Positions 1-14,297 of a stretch of 64,000 nucleotides of DNA are shown piece by piece (the first letter of the stretch is position 1; every line of letters starts with the position of its first letter). Origin of the DNA: Eledone cirrhosa (lineage: Eukaryota); assembly GCA_964016885.1 (NCBI GenBank), contig OZ024751.1, positions 23,002,001 to 23,066,000 on the forward strand, written 5' to 3'. A program made the position numbers and the translations under genes. The notes below the pieces were generated by a model that had not been told where the DNA came from, ran no database searches, and was given only the letters and a program-made list of their open reading frames with translations.

Positions 1-217
1 TAACATCAACACCAATAACAGCAACACCAATAACAGCAACAACAATAGCAACAACACCAATAACAGCAACAACAATAGCAACACCCAATGGTTGTATACC
101 GCACAGGATTAGAACTCAGACATGAGAGACACTTAACAAATACTGCAAAGCATTTTGACCAACGCACAATGTGATAAAACGGCGATAACGACGACATGTT
201 TCCACAACCGCCATTAT

Positions 218-383
218 TAGGGTCTGACGCCATGCTTTGCAGCAAGAGTTACGCCCCTTTATGGTTTGAGTTCAAATCCCGCCGAGGTTAACTTTGCCTT
301 TCATCCTTACGGGGTCGATAAAATAAAGTACCAGTAATGCACTGGATAATTGCTGGCCTTGTGCCAAAAGTAGAAACAATTAT
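218..383 (+). mobile_element. tRNA-derived SINE, family A
   Basis: B-box-like gagttcaaatccc followed by the conserved core ctttgcctttcatccttacggggtcgataaaataaagtaccag (Meta-SINE-like domain, from memory). Confidence 0.8.
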
Positions 384-1006
384 TGTGGTAAATGTATTGA
401 CATTATACAAGATCGCACCCTGGTGTGCAGAATTAGAACTATTATCGTAAGACCTTTCTATTAAATAACAACATTTAGAATTGAGTAATTTAAACATTGC
501 AACAGTTGGTAATCATATAAAAATATGATACAACACCACACATACACACATAAACACACATAAACACACATAAACACACACACACAATTACACAAACCAA
601 AGATTAAATGAAACAATTGCAGTTAATATGCTGTTGGTGATGTTGAAGTTGGTGTTAATGGTGAAGCTGGTTTTGTTGTCGATTTGGTAGGGGGGGGGTG
701 ATTGTTGGTTCAGTTGTTGTTGGCGTTGGTCTTATTGTTGTCTCTATCATGAAAACAAAGCCCAGGTTGGTGATGTTAATGGTGCTGCTGGTTTTGTTGT
801 TGCCATTGTGGGCGATTTGGGGGGATGGGAGGTGATTGCTAACATTGATGTTGTTATTGTTGTTGTCTGTTTATCTTTAACACAAAGCCCAATGATTTTT
901 GCTTATTAAAAGAATATTTTCTAGAAAATTCTGTGGCAGCTTCTTTTAATTCAATGGAAATTCACATGATAACCGTCATTTTATGGATGTTTGTGTTCGT
1001 GTGTGT

Positions 1007-1087
<81 letters not shown>

Positions 1088-1160
1088 CACACATAAATCA
1101 TATATACATTTACATACACACAAATAAATACACACACATATATTTTATATATATATACAC

Positions 1161-1236
<76 letters not shown>

Positions 1237-1787
1237 TGATGTTGTTACTTGTAGTTATTGCTGTCATTCTTGATGTTCAACTTTAAAAAAAAAAAAGACG
1301 CCATTTTTGAGAATCATATTTTCGCTTTGCTTTCGTTATCATTATTGTTATTTTTCATTTCTTTACTATTTATTTATTTATATAATTATTTATCTATTTT
1401 TTGTATTTATTTAACGTTTTGATCGACAACAATTGAAGACATTTCGGCATCGATCACGTCATAGTGTGTTCAATATTGTAGTGTTTTTTTTTATTTCATA
1501 TTTTCTTGGACAGACGAAGAAATAAGCGATAAATAACGAAAGCAGTTTCCTTTCTTCTTTAACATTGTTAGATCTTCTTCGTATTTAGAGACAGAGAACA
1601 TGAAACGAACAAAACAAAATTAAATATTAAATATGTTTAGATATACACACATACATAAACGCATCACACATACACACACACACTCTCTCTCTCTGTACAT
1701 ATATATATATATATATACATGCATAAACACGTACATATATATATGTGTGTGTGTATACACATATATATATATATATGCATACATGCT

Positions 1788-1874
<87 letters not shown>

Positions 1875-2040
1875 CAACATGACTTATTTGACATTTGCTT
1901 CTAGCCACCATGAGATTTGGCAACTTCCGTTTTGTTCCGTTTTGGAAAGTTAAAAGAAGAGAATAAGAAGAATTGATGGGAAGAGGGATGGGATGTGGAT
2001 GAGAGAGAGGAAGAGACACACAGACAGAAAACGAGAGAGA

Positions 2041-2098
<58 letters not shown>

Positions 2099-2523
2099 CA
2101 CAAAAAGTGAGAGAGTGAGACAGAAAGAGACATTAGTAAAGTTAAGATTGGACGGGAAATAATAAAATCTTCAGCGATTTAGTTATTCTGTGATATGTAA
2201 AGTTATTTGCTTCATGTTGATGTTACAGAGAAAAGTGTGAGTTATGTGTGGGTATTTCTCGTGTCAAAATATTTCCCTAGCACCAGAAAAAAGTTATAAA
2301 TAGTAGCATTGCATTAGGTATTTTTCACCAGTCAGTTTTAACCTCAACAAGTAATACTATAGAAAATGTATTAAAAGCAAGACTAAATTAACACCTGGTA
2401 AATACTCCCTGCACCTATCACCTCTTTTCGTTTATCAAAACTTAGTTACTGCTAAACAAAATGAAAGGTTCACCTCACTGATTGCTTTGAAAAGCCGGTA
2501 TTTCCAGCGAAACTTCGAAGTAA

Positions 2524-2715
2524 ATAATTGTTTCTACTTTAGGCACAAGGCCAGCAATTACCAGTGTATTACTGGTACTTTATTTTATCGACCCCGTAAG
2601 GATGAAAGGCAAAATCAACCTCGGCGGGATTTGAACTCAGAATGGCAAGGGCCGTAACTCTATGCGTCAAAGCATGGTCTCCGACCCTCTACCGATACTG
2701 TCAATTCACCGCCCT
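2524..2715 (-). mobile_element. tRNA-derived SINE, family A
   Basis: Full-length reverse-complement copy. Confidence 0.85.
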
Positions 2716-2801
2716 AAACAAACAAACAGCCCGAATTACGCCATACAGTGTTTAGCTAACCACGTCACCTTTTTGTTCAACACTGACACACGAACGATGT
2801 A
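2716..2801 (-). mobile_element. Diverged solo fragment of the 466-bp unit
   Basis: aaacagcccgaattacgccatacagtgtttagctaaccacgtcacctttttgttcaacactgacacacgaacgatgta aligns by eye to 19785-19862. Confidence 0.8.
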
Positions 2802-2890
2802 TATGTATATATATTCCTATTGTAGGTCGACTTTGCTTGCCCACAGAAAGCTTCGATTTTACTAAGCTTCCACTTGTATATATATATATA

Positions 2891-2967
<77 letters not shown>

Positions 2968-3281
2968 TATGTAGAGGTTATATTTAATTTGTTGGGATTT
3001 AATGAATTAGACAATAAAATGAAAAACTGCCTCTCTTATTATATATATATATGTGTGTATGTATGTATATATATATACATACATTTTATTGTCTAATTCA
3101 TTAAAGGTATAATGAATTAGACAATAAAATCAAGATGTACGAATAAAACTATCCCCCTTATTTATTATACTAAAACTCCTGGTGGTACCTTACAAAGAAC
3201 ATCCTAAGGAATACAAATCGTAGAGTGTTTCACATTTGTTTACGAAAAAGTCGGCAGATTTTTGATCAACCAACTTTCATG

Positions 3282-3328
<47 letters not shown>

Positions 3329-3465
3329 AACGAGTAGGACCCCGACGGCTGAGCTCAAGCCGTTTCGTCGGGGTCCTACTCGTTCCTATTACTCACTCTA
3401 CTACCCTAAGTATTGTGTACTTTGGTGCGTTATCGTCCACCTGGTTCCTTACCACATTTCCTTCG

Positions 3466-3530
<65 letters not shown>

Positions 3531-3584
3531 TATTATGAAAAAAGTATCTTCATTATCTTAATGGAATCATTGTTCTGATAATAA

Positions 3585-3878
3585 GATTAGTTTTGTTATT
3601 GCTATTGTTATTGTTGTTGATTTTGTATTCATAGTAGTAATTGTTGATGTTGTTGTGGATATTGTTTTTATTGTCTTAGTAGTGGCTGTTGTTGTTGTTG
3701 ATGTTGTTGTTGATGTGTACTGTATGTTGTATGTTGCAGTTATAGCTACAATTATTGTTGTTGTTGTCACTGTTATTGTCGTTGTTGTTCTTTATGGTAG
3801 TAATTCCTGTTGCTGAATATGATATGTGTTGCTATTTCTGTTGTTATTGTTATATACAGTTTGTTGATGTTGCTGTTG

Positions 3879-3910
<32 letters not shown>

Positions 3911-3983
3911 GGTGTTAGTGGTGGTGGTGGTACTAATACTGTTGTTGTTGTATATATATTTTTTTTATGTTGATGTTGCTGCT

Positions 3984-4027
<44 letters not shown>

Positions 4028-5075
4028 GTGCAGTCTGTTTTATGTTGCTGTTATTGGTGATGTTGCTATTGTTGCTGTTATTGAGTACAGTTTTTTTTAT
4101 ATTCTTGTTGTTTTGGTGATGTTGCTATTGCTGTTATCGTGTAGTTTTTTATGTTGTTGCCGTTGTTGCTATTGCTATTATTGTTATGTACCGTTTTTGA
4201 TGTTGTTGCTGTTGTTGCTATTGCTGTTATTGTTATGTACAGTTGTTTTTGATGTTGTTGCTGTTGTTGCTATTGCTGTTATTGTTATGTACCGTTTTTG
4301 ATGTTGTTGCTGTTGTTGCTATTGCTGTTATTGTTATGTACAGTTGTTTTTGATGTTGTTGCTGTTGTTGCTATTGCTGTTATTATTGTATACAGTTTTT
4401 TTTTATGTTTCGGTTGTCGGTAGTACTATAGCTGTTATTGTGTGAGAAGTTTTTTATGTCATTGCTGCTGTTGTTGTTGTTTTTTTCATTGTTTTATTTA
4501 TATAGCTGCAGTACAAAGTTTCTCTTGGTTACTGTTGTTGATGCTGTTATTGTTTTTTGTTGTTGATTTCATGGTTATATTGTTGTTGTTTGTACTGGTG
4601 TTACTGTTATTGATGTTGATGTCATCGTCAGCGTCTTTATTTTTGTTGGTGGCGTTGCTGTTATTGTTTTTGTTGCTGTCGCTGCAGTTTTTATTGTTGC
4701 TGTTCTTGCAGTTTTTGTTGGGGCGGTTGTTTTTGAATTTTTTTTTTTTTTGCAGTGTTTGTTGTCGTTGTTGCAGTTTTTATTGGTGTTATTCTCGTTC
4801 CAGTTTTTGTTGCTCTCGTTGCCATTGCAAATTTTGTTGGTGCTGTTGTTGTTGCCGTTGCAGTTTTGTTGATGCTGTTATTGCAATTTTTGTTGGTGTT
4901 GCGCTTGTTGGTGGTGGTTTTGCAGTTTTTGTTGGTACTGTTGTTGTAGTTTTTGTTGTTGTTGCTGTTGTAGTTTTTGTTGATGTTGGTGTTGCAGTTT
5001 TGTTGGTGCTGCTGTCGTTTCAGTTTTTTGTTGATGTTGTTTTTGTTGGTGTTGTTGTTGCAGTTGCTGATGTTG
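3585..5075. repeat. (GTT)n-derived low-complexity region with ~39-78-bp higher-order units
   Basis: Recurrent gatgttgttgctgttgttgctattgctgttattgttatgtac. Confidence 0.85.
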
Positions 5076-5635
5076 CTCGATTTCTTCATATTCTTCTACT
5101 TCCGTATTATTCTCAACTTCCTCTTCCAGGCTTCTTCCCGTTTGTTTTCTTCCGTCTACTTCAATGAAGTTCGTGGTGAGAGTGAGGACAACAACTGTAA
5201 CAACAACAACAACAACAGCAACAACATTCAGTGTAACAGTAACAACAGCAGCCATAGCAATTTCAACAAAAGTATTAACTGTAGCACTAGTGACAACTAC
5301 AGCAACAACATATATAACAACAACAACAACATACATAACATTGACAACAGCAACATACATGACAACAATATCAACAAGAGCGTAAACAACAACAACGACG
5401 ACAACGACAATGACAATGCCCGCATGAACAATAACCAGAACATCAAATGTGTGAGTGTGTGTGTTTAAGTGCGTGTGTGTGAGAGAGAAAGAGAGTATGT
5501 GTATGTGCGTGTAGGAATATATTTGTATGAGTGTGTGTATATATATATGCGCATGTATGTATGTGAATGTATGTACGTTTGTATAGGTGCTTATATTGGT
5601 GCGTATGTATGTGTTTGCATGCAGGTGTGCATGTA

Positions 5636-5666
<31 letters not shown>

Positions 5667-5716
5667 TTATTTGTTTTGCGAGGTTTTTTATACGAAATCG
5701 TGTGTCGAAACAAATT

Positions 5717-6043
5717 TTGTTATACTTGGGGAGGGTCATATTGTTGTAATAATATTGCCAGAATTAATAACAGAACACACTCACTGTTTGGTTGGTTATC
5801 ACTTCTGTATCTTTTATATCAGTTAATTCATCCGGTCCTCAATGTTTACCATTGACTGACCAACGGTATATATAGTCTAACAAAGTTCTTTCGTTGCACA
5901 TCTGTAGCTTCGTCAGTGGTGCTATTATGTTCCTCCTGTTGTATTGTATATCTACGCCATGTTTATTTATTCTGTTTATTGTTTGTTCTGTTATTAATTC
6001 TAGCAATATTATTACAACAATATAACCCTCCCCAAGTATAACA

Positions 6044-6045
<2 letters not shown>
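5717..6045. mobile_element. Non-autonomous element with ~60-bp terminal inverted repeats, same family as 55308-55861
   Basis: Termini are ttgttatacttggggagggtcatattgttg... and ...caacaatataaccctccccaagtataacaa. A degenerate core ctgacgaagctacagatgtgcaacgaaagaact lies on the - strand. Confidence 0.6.
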
Positions 6046-6125
<80 letters not shown>

Positions 6126-6469
6126 GTGTGTGTGTTTGTGTGTGTGAGCAAGAACGCTCGATGGCATATATTCTATGACAGTTTCAGTGGTTGTCAACAG
6201 GAAATATAGCTGACAGATTTTTCCTTTCATGAAGGTCGATCTCACTCTCTCTCTCTTTCCCCACCTCTCTCTCTCTTTCCCCGCCTCTCTCTAGCTATCT
6301 ATTGCTGACTAACACGTACGAAGCTGTGAAGTCACTTCGATACTCGTGCTACATTGCCAAAAACTTTGGAGCTTTATTGAACACTCACATGTATGTATGT
6401 ATGTATGTATGTATGTATGTATGTATGTATGTATGTATGCATGCATGTATGTATGTATGTATGTGTGTG

Positions 6470-6518
<49 letters not shown>

Positions 6519-6616
6519 GCATACATACATACATACATACATACATACATACATACATACATACATACATACATACATACATACATACATGGAGAGAGAG
6601 AGAGAGAGAGGGGGGA

Positions 6617-6930
6617 GAGACGTCGCGTAGCTCAGAGATTAGCATGTTCGGTTCGCGATCGTATGGTTGTGAATTCGATTCCCAGTGACGTGTTAAGTCC
6701 TTGAGCAAGACACTTTAACATTTGCTCTCGTCCACTCACCAGATAACCATGAGGTGTAGCTGTAATTTCATACACTGCGTCACACTGAATCTCCCTGAGA
6801 ATCACGTTAAAGATGTACGTGTTTCGGGAGAATGTTCAGCTACTTGCCTGTTAATTTTCTCGAGCAGGCTGTTCCGTTGATTGAACAGCTGAAGTACTCG
6901 CCGTCGAAAACGACGGAGGCCCAACAACTG
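6617..6930 (+). mobile_element. tRNA-derived SINE with ccttgagcaagacactt core (different tail)
   Basis: tRNA-like head; the tail gaatctccctgagaa..cgttaaag...ttcagc is shared with ~30210-30425 and 35160-35455. Confidence 0.65.
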
Positions 6931-7051
6931 TGATACGCACATAGATTAGAACATACACGTATCTTTCTACTCATTCTCTCTTTCTCTCTCCCTCTCCCTC
7001 TCTTTTCTCTCTCTGTCCCTCTGTTTCTCTGTATGCGTCTGACTCTCCCTT

Positions 7052-7121
<70 letters not shown>

Positions 7122-7499
7122 AAAACTCATCGTGGAAACCAACGGAGATCCAACGCACAATATACCATGAACTTTTTACATCATATCTAAAAGTACAACA
7201 TTTTCAAAATTCCCATCATTTTTGTCTTGCATTCCTTATTGCATCATTATCTAAAAATAATATATACCTTACTTAAGTAATTCTTATATATGTGCTATAC
7301 AACATTTTCTAAATACTTTCCTACTTTATCTTAAGTTTCTGAACAATAAATAAAACACCATCAGCCTTATGATGACAGCCCAGGTGATTGTAGGGAATTC
7401 TTTGATATTTGATATCTTCTCAGCACTTCGGAACAGTCCGTGAGCTCGGCTACGTATATTAGATATTTAATTTAATTAAAGAAATGTATATAAAACTCA

Positions 7500-7870
7500 T
7501 CTTTTAAGATTCAGTTATGTTCCCTTGTGGTCCTTTAAGGTTCAGTTAGCGTGTTTTCTATCCTATAAGGTTCAGTAATGTGTCACTGTGGTCTTTTAAG
7601 GTTCAGTAATGTGTGCCTTTGTGGTCATTTAATGTTCAGTAATATACCCCTCTGATCCTTTAAGGTTCAGTATTGTGTGCGTTTGTGGTCCTTTAAGGTT
7701 CAGTAATGTGTACCTTTGTGGACATTTCAGGTTCAGTAATGTGTACCCCTGTGATCCTTTACGGTTCAGTAATGTGTGCCTCTGTGATCTATAGGGCTCG
7801 CTAATGTTCTAGACCTTTAAGGTTCAGCAATGTGCCGTTGTGATCTTTAACATTCAGTAGTGTGCCTCTC
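7500..7870. repeat. Degenerate ~33-35-bp minisatellite
   Basis: Recurrent tttaaggttcagtaatgtgt...gtggtc. Confidence 0.8.
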
Positions 7871-8855
7871 TACGGTCAGCACTCTATGTGGATATTGGAT
7901 ATTAAATGATCCCTGTATAGACACCACAGATGTTAGTTTAAATCAACTAAAAACTGGGAATATGTCAGTTCAGATTTACTGAGCCTCCTCCTCCTGGTTT
8001 AGTTCCGTTGGCTCCCTATGAAGCATTAAGTTTCGAGAAGTCTCCTCTCCCAACTGGGTCACGGGCCAGCTCACAGTCCAGACCCACATCCCCATATTCC
8101 AGGTTCTCCCAACAGACCTCAAGCAGGTTTTGATAGGTCAACCTTGTTTCCCAGAAATTTGAAGGGATTTAGTAATATACCTAACCTTCTCATTACAAAA
8201 CCGGTTCAAAGGTCCTTATATAAGATTATGTTGAAACGTTTTTCTTAGATAAATATAACCACTTTAAAAACGAACAGCTTTGCATCTAGAACCCGACGAT
8301 GTTTGGAACTTAACATAACAAAGGTTCTTACATAAAATTATAATGGAAGGTTTCTTTTAGATAAATACAAACACTTTAAAACAAATTGGTTTATATCATA
8401 AAGCCAGGTATGTTTGGAACATAACTTAACAGAGGTCCTTACATAAAATTATGATGGAAGGAGCTTTTTTTAGATAAATATAAACACTTTAGAACAGAGA
8501 CGGTTTGGTTTCTAAATAGTTGGAAATATTCTAATTTTCTGAGACGTACCTGTATAGGACAGACGGACAGAATGTCAGGTAAGGTAAATAAACCAGGAGG
8601 GGAGAGAGAAGAGAAGAGAAGAGAGAAGAAGATAGATGGAGAGAGGGGTGGAGGGGGAGGAGGGAAAATATGGAGAGGAAGATGGCGAGGGGAGAGGGGG
8701 AGATGAGGGGGTGAGAGGGGGGAGGAGAGGAGGGGGAAGATAGGAAGAGGGGGATAATTACTGATACTTGAGTCTTGTTAGTTCAGATATGTGCCATAAA
8801 TTAGTTTTCCAACATGTCAAATGTGTAAATGAATAATTAATTATACATACACGTA

Positions 8856-8892
<37 letters not shown>

Positions 8893-9759
8893 GTATATGT
8901 GTATATGTATGTGTGATTGTGCATATTTGTGTGAGTGTGTGCGTACGTGTGAGTGTGTATATGAGCGTAGGTATGTGTATGTGCGTACGTGTGTGTGTGT
9001 GTATGTATGTACTTACGTGTGTGTGTATGTGCGTCTGTGCATTATCGTACGTATGTGTGCATGTGTGAGTATGTATAAGAGCGTATATATGTGAGTGTGC
9101 GTACGTACGTGTGTATGTATATATGAGTGTGTGCGTATGTATGTGTGTGTGTGTGTGAATGTGCGTGTGTATAGACATATACCGGATGTTCCCTGCTAAT
9201 AAATACAGAAATATTCTAACCCCCTTCCAAAGAATAAATATCAACTTTCGTGTAATAGAGGGAGGGGGGGGTTAGATAATTTGTTGGATTAGTAAAATAT
9301 CTGGGTTTAATATTTACTGTTGATTGGCAAAATCGGTAGAGCGTCGGCCGGCCAAAACACTTATGGTATTCACGATTTTTACGGTTTGAGTTCAACTTTG
9401 CCTTTCATCCTTCCGGGATCGATAAAATAAAATACTAACCAGGTAAACCACTCTAAACCATACTAAAGTGTGAAGACGCGTGGCTCAGAGATTAACATGT
9501 ACGGTTCGCGATCGTATGATCGTGGGTAACCAGGTAAACATTCCGGAGTCGATAAAATAAAGTATTCGTCAAGTACTGGAGTGGATTTGATTAACCTTGG
9601 CCTTCCCTCAAATCGATGGCCTTCTAATATAGAAACTATTGTCACTAGTATCTGCAAAAACAGTAGCAACATTATCAACCAATTTAGACACCAATATTAC
9701 TTAATAGTGGCGACGAATTGGTAGAGTGGTTAGAACGTCAGATAGAATAATTTGCGGAC

Positions 9760-9977
9760 CACGTGCTAATGTGTAAAAATAACCAGGTGAACCACACTAA
9801 AGCGTATATGACCAGGTAAACCCCATTAAAGTGTAAATGACCAGGTAGACCAGACTAAAGTGTAACTAGGTAAACCACAGTAATGTGTAAATGACCAGGT
9901 AAACATGCTAATGTGAAAGTGACCAGGTATGCCACAGTAAGGTGTAAAAACCAGGTAAACCATATGCTAAAGTGTGT
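9760..9977. repeat. Degenerate ~29-bp minisatellite
   Basis: Recurrent accaggtaaacca..ctaaagtgtaaatg. Confidence 0.8.
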
Positions 9978-10319
9978 AATGTTACGCCAAGAGTTTTCTA
10001 AAAAAAAACATGGACCTCAAGTGAAAATGGAATTTACAGCTACCACATATGCATGTTTAGCTGGTTTTCAATGAGGTTATATCTCATAGGAGGTTTTACT
10101 TGTGTTCTAATGAAAGAGCACAACCATGTCCCATCATAAATATTTTTGAAAGCGAAGTGACAGGAAACGTTTTACTTACTGTTACACCCATTCGTATTTA
10201 CCTCCGTCATGGACATAGCTTAACTATTTTGATACGAAACTGGTCAAAACTGACTAGCTCTGCTTCTACGAAACAAAGCCACCAATTTCAAAATGTTCCT
10301 ATTGAAATCTTACAACATT

Positions 10320-10503
10320 GAATTGGTAGTATCGGTAGAGGGTCGGACGCCATGCTATCCAGCAGAGAGTTACGCCCCTTTATGGTCTGAGTTCAAATCC
10401 CGCCGAGTTTAACTTTGCCTTTCATCCTTACGGGGTCGATAAAATAAAGTACCAGTAATGCACTGGTATAATTGCTGGCCTTGTGCCAATAGTAGAAACA
10501 ATT
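10320..10503 (+). mobile_element. tRNA-derived SINE, family A
   Basis: A-box/B-box-like head plus the conserved core and tail. Confidence 0.85.
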
Positions 10504-11519
10504 ATTTTTTTTTATTTTAAAATAAATCTTTTGTTAAGTTATATTACAAATAATTTCAGTAAAATAATTCCAGTAAAAATCTCCTAATTAATTAATTAAT
10601 TCAGATACAATGTATTTCATTAGAACTAGAATATCAGCCCGGTCAAAATTGGCTCACGTTCTATGAAAGAATGCCAATTATTGTAAAGAGTTACTATTTA
10701 AATAGAAATCTATACCAGCAGAAAACCACCCTTGGGGTGGTTTTCTGCTAGCATGTGTAATGTGTATATTGATATTATACGCAAGTAAATATGCATGTAG
10801 ATATGATCAAATAAAATCATAATTGACAATATACACAGAAATTGAACGAAGACGTTGTTACACTGTCTTATGTAATCAGTAACGTAATCTATGATACATT
10901 TAAAAAAGATGATATTATATATAAACTGCATTAGCAGAAAATTAGTGACAGAAATATATGAAAGTTTATTTAAGCGATCGCCAACGGGAAGTGTTGACAT
11001 TTGAAAATTTTAAAGAAGTGAATCTTTAAATAAGTAATAAAATATATTTAATGAACAGCTACGAAATTTAGTAGGTAAATTATGTAATATTCATTCATTA
11101 TTTATTCAAAGTAATCCAACTTATTTTACTAATGGGATAAAAATTATAAACCGTACGCAGTCCCGCGCTTCTTACTTTATTATAGATTAAGGGTAAAGAC
11201 CCGCTTCAGTCAAGAATGACCATGGGATTTGCACCTAGAAAGTTCCCCTCCGAGGTTCAAGTCCGGGCAAGGTTGTTTGTGGGAGACCAGCTGTCACCCA
11301 TGTACACCAGTCTCCCCTCTCCACGCCACCGATGTTGTCCAAGAGAAAGGCTGATACAACTTGGCACTAGAGACGTCGCAAATCATATATACACTATATA
11401 TATTATATATACACTATGTATGATGTTGTCCAATGGAAAGGCTAAGACCAAATGGCTAAGACCAAATGGTTAAGACCCAACGTGAAATAGTCTATTTAGA
11501 TTAAAATCTTCCGACATCA

Positions 11520-12450
11520 TTATCTATAAAAGGCAGATTGTTGTTGTTGTTGTGTGTGTGTGCATGTTCCATGTTTATACATTTGCACAATTTCAAACCG
11601 ATTCGACTCAAAGTCTGTAAGAATGTTGTAAATAGCCTAACTTAGGTCAACGACTATTTATTTCATTCAAACTCACCCACAATTACGGAAATAATCGATA
11701 AAACTAAATACATGACGCTTTACCCCTCTAATACAATCAGATCCCTCTCTCTACTCCCCTTAAAATTCGATAAAACTACATACATGCTACAACTTTCTCT
11801 TATATACGATTTTTGAGTGTGGAACGGTCAAACATTTATTTACTTCAATGACAAAGAGAACTTATTACATTTCATACGAAACAACAATTATTCAAAAGCA
11901 ACAGATAAATGTATTCAACAACAAAAATAATAGCGATAAATCTTTTTTAAAACATCTATCAACAAACGTGGAAGAAAGAAGTATCAGTTCATTTATTATA
12001 CACAATAATATCCTCTATGAGGCCACTAAACCTGCTAGAAACAGCAGCTAAATCTCCCTCATATCACACCACTCCCTACTGTCTTAAATTTAGAAAACAT
12101 ATCCTCTATGAGGTCACTAAACCTGCTAGAAACAGCAGCTAACTCTCCCCCATATCACACCCCTCCCTACTGTCTTAAATTTAGAAAACACACATTAGAC
12201 AACCATGCAGAACAACTCTGTTGTTCGGCTGGCATCGTCTACGCGCGTGTTCCGCAAGTACTGTGAAACAATAAATTTCAACACTTCTTTGCACAGAGAT
12301 AATATCCATAGGCGCAGTTCCTGCTTCGGCAGTCCAGGTCTGCAATTCATTCACCCAGTACCTGGCAGACAAAAAAGTGCTGCCATAAAATGGGTGGTGC
12401 AACCTAACTTTGGTAACTTACTGACCCCGAGCAACGCCGGGCTTTAATGC
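11520..12450 (+). mobile_element. Possible non-autonomous Helitron-like element with an internal tandem-duplicated repeat (12009-12190)
   Basis: Starts tatctataaaaggcag + (GT)n + ...caaaccgattcgactcaaa and ends with a GC hairpin ccgagcaacgccggg. The canonical CTAG 3' end is not intact. Confidence 0.4.
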
Positions 12451-12744
12451 TTATATAAGAAACATGTCAAATTACTTTAATAAATCCTTCAACATTTTGA
12501 ATTAACTAATTGAAATAGAGTGTATGTGTCTAGATATACCGTCCCGAAAGGGTTTAACTGAATGTTAGCTAGAGAGAAAAAAAAACTGAAATTCTACAGG
12601 AAATGATAAAATGAAAGGGATAGTCTGTTTTTGCTTAAAACCAAATAAAGTTGAGAAAATCCTTTACTAACAGAACTCAAATTTCAAAATTAGTCATTAA
12701 AAAATATTTAAATGGCAACATATAAAGCGAAATGAGTATGATAC

Positions 12745-12797
<53 letters not shown>

Positions 12798-13247
12798 TGC
12801 ACATATGTGTATATAGGTATGTGTGCTTATACAATTATATAGACAGGTATGTATGAGTGTACAAGTATACATACGTGTGTGTGTATATATAAACACAGAG
12901 AGACATGCATATATGTGTATATAGGTATATGTGCTTATATAATTATATAGACAGGTATATATGAGTGTACAAGTATACATACGTGTATGTGTGTATAAAT
13001 ATATATATATACATGCGTGGGATGTAGGTTTGTGTACTTATACAATTATATATAGAGGATTGTACGCATGCAGAAAATATACATTTGCACATGCATACAC
13101 TGTAATAGAATCCATTGAGTTCACTTACCGAAAACATACAGATGCCGTTGCCCAGGTTAATTAAGAAAGAAATAGAGGTGCGAATGTATTGGATTACCTA
13201 CCTTGACTCATTCAGGGATAAAACTGTCGGTAGGGGACGCACGCTAC

Positions 13248-13278
<31 letters not shown>

Positions 13279-13399
13279 CAAGATCGTCCATCTTTTAACA
13301 AAATATTGTATCACCCTCTTGCTGTGAGTCTAAGTTCCCAAAATATATATATATATATATTTGTGGGGGGGGGGTTATATATGGGTGTATACATACATA

Positions 13400-13922
13400 C
13401 ACAGGTTGGGTGGAAAGAAACTCCCTATTGAAAATTTCTTAAAGCTTTTGGCCTACTGTAAGCACTTGGGACATCAATGAACTCATATTCATGCCAGACT
13501 GGGCCTCTCCTCGTTTCGCATGCACGGTCCGTCGGTGGCTTCATGTCCAATTTCCAGAACGTTGACTGTGTTGTCGAGGCCCACATGAAAGGCCAGCAAA
13601 AGGCCCTGACTTAAGGCCATGCGATTTCTTTTTCCTGTTGGGGCAGGCGAAGTTTGTAGCTCAAAACTAAAATCTCTGACTCAATTGAATGAAGGCATTC
13701 GTCTTGTGCTGACCAACATACCACCTGAGTTCCTGATGAAGTCAGTCAAATATATACCAAGGCGATTACAAACATTGGAGGGCAACACTAGTGACTATGT
13801 AGAATTTTAATGCCGTATCTTACTTCTACCATTATGTTGTTCAAAATAAAACATGTTACGAAAATTGACTAATAATAAAGTTATTAACAATTATAAATAG
13901 GGAGATTTTTCCACTCACCGTG
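13400..13922 (+). mobile_element. Internally deleted Tc1/mariner-superfamily transposon
   Basis: Imperfect TIRs (cacaggttgggtggaaagaaactccctatt / aatagggagatttttccactcaccgtg) flanked by TA. The remnant ...PAK.PDL.PCDFF...IPRRLQ...YVEF resembles the transposase SPDLNP.D region and C-terminus. Confidence 0.75.
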
Positions 13923-14266
13923 TATACATTGAGGATAGTATATACGGAGTGTGGTCGTAGTTTTTCACATATGTCGGATATGATTTTCCTTAAAACCCAT
14001 CCATTTTTATTCCATTATTGAATGAGTTCTTTAAACGACTTCCCAAACCAAACATGGAATAGCTACACATACCATTCCATAGACAGATACAGCACAGACG
14101 TTCTGTATCCGATTTAAGTGTAATTACCTTTTAATAAGGTATCTTGTGAGCAGAGATCATGGACGAGGTTTTATAGGGTTTCGGTAATAAATCAGTTCTA
14201 ATAGATTTTCTGAAGTATGCATATTCTACAGTATCATATATATATATACATATATACACATATGTG

Positions 14267-14297
<31 letters not shown>

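Noticed and set aside
6390-6590. ~200-bp palindrome
   Set aside because: It is a trivial consequence of adjacent (ATGT)n, (TA)n and (ACAT)n microsatellites.
10180-10290. Minus-strand exon MSMTEVNTNGCN with a GTAAGT donor, and possible partners near 7120-7460 and 24368-24442
   Set aside because: The splice-like signals exist, but I could not assemble a consistent, recognisable protein.
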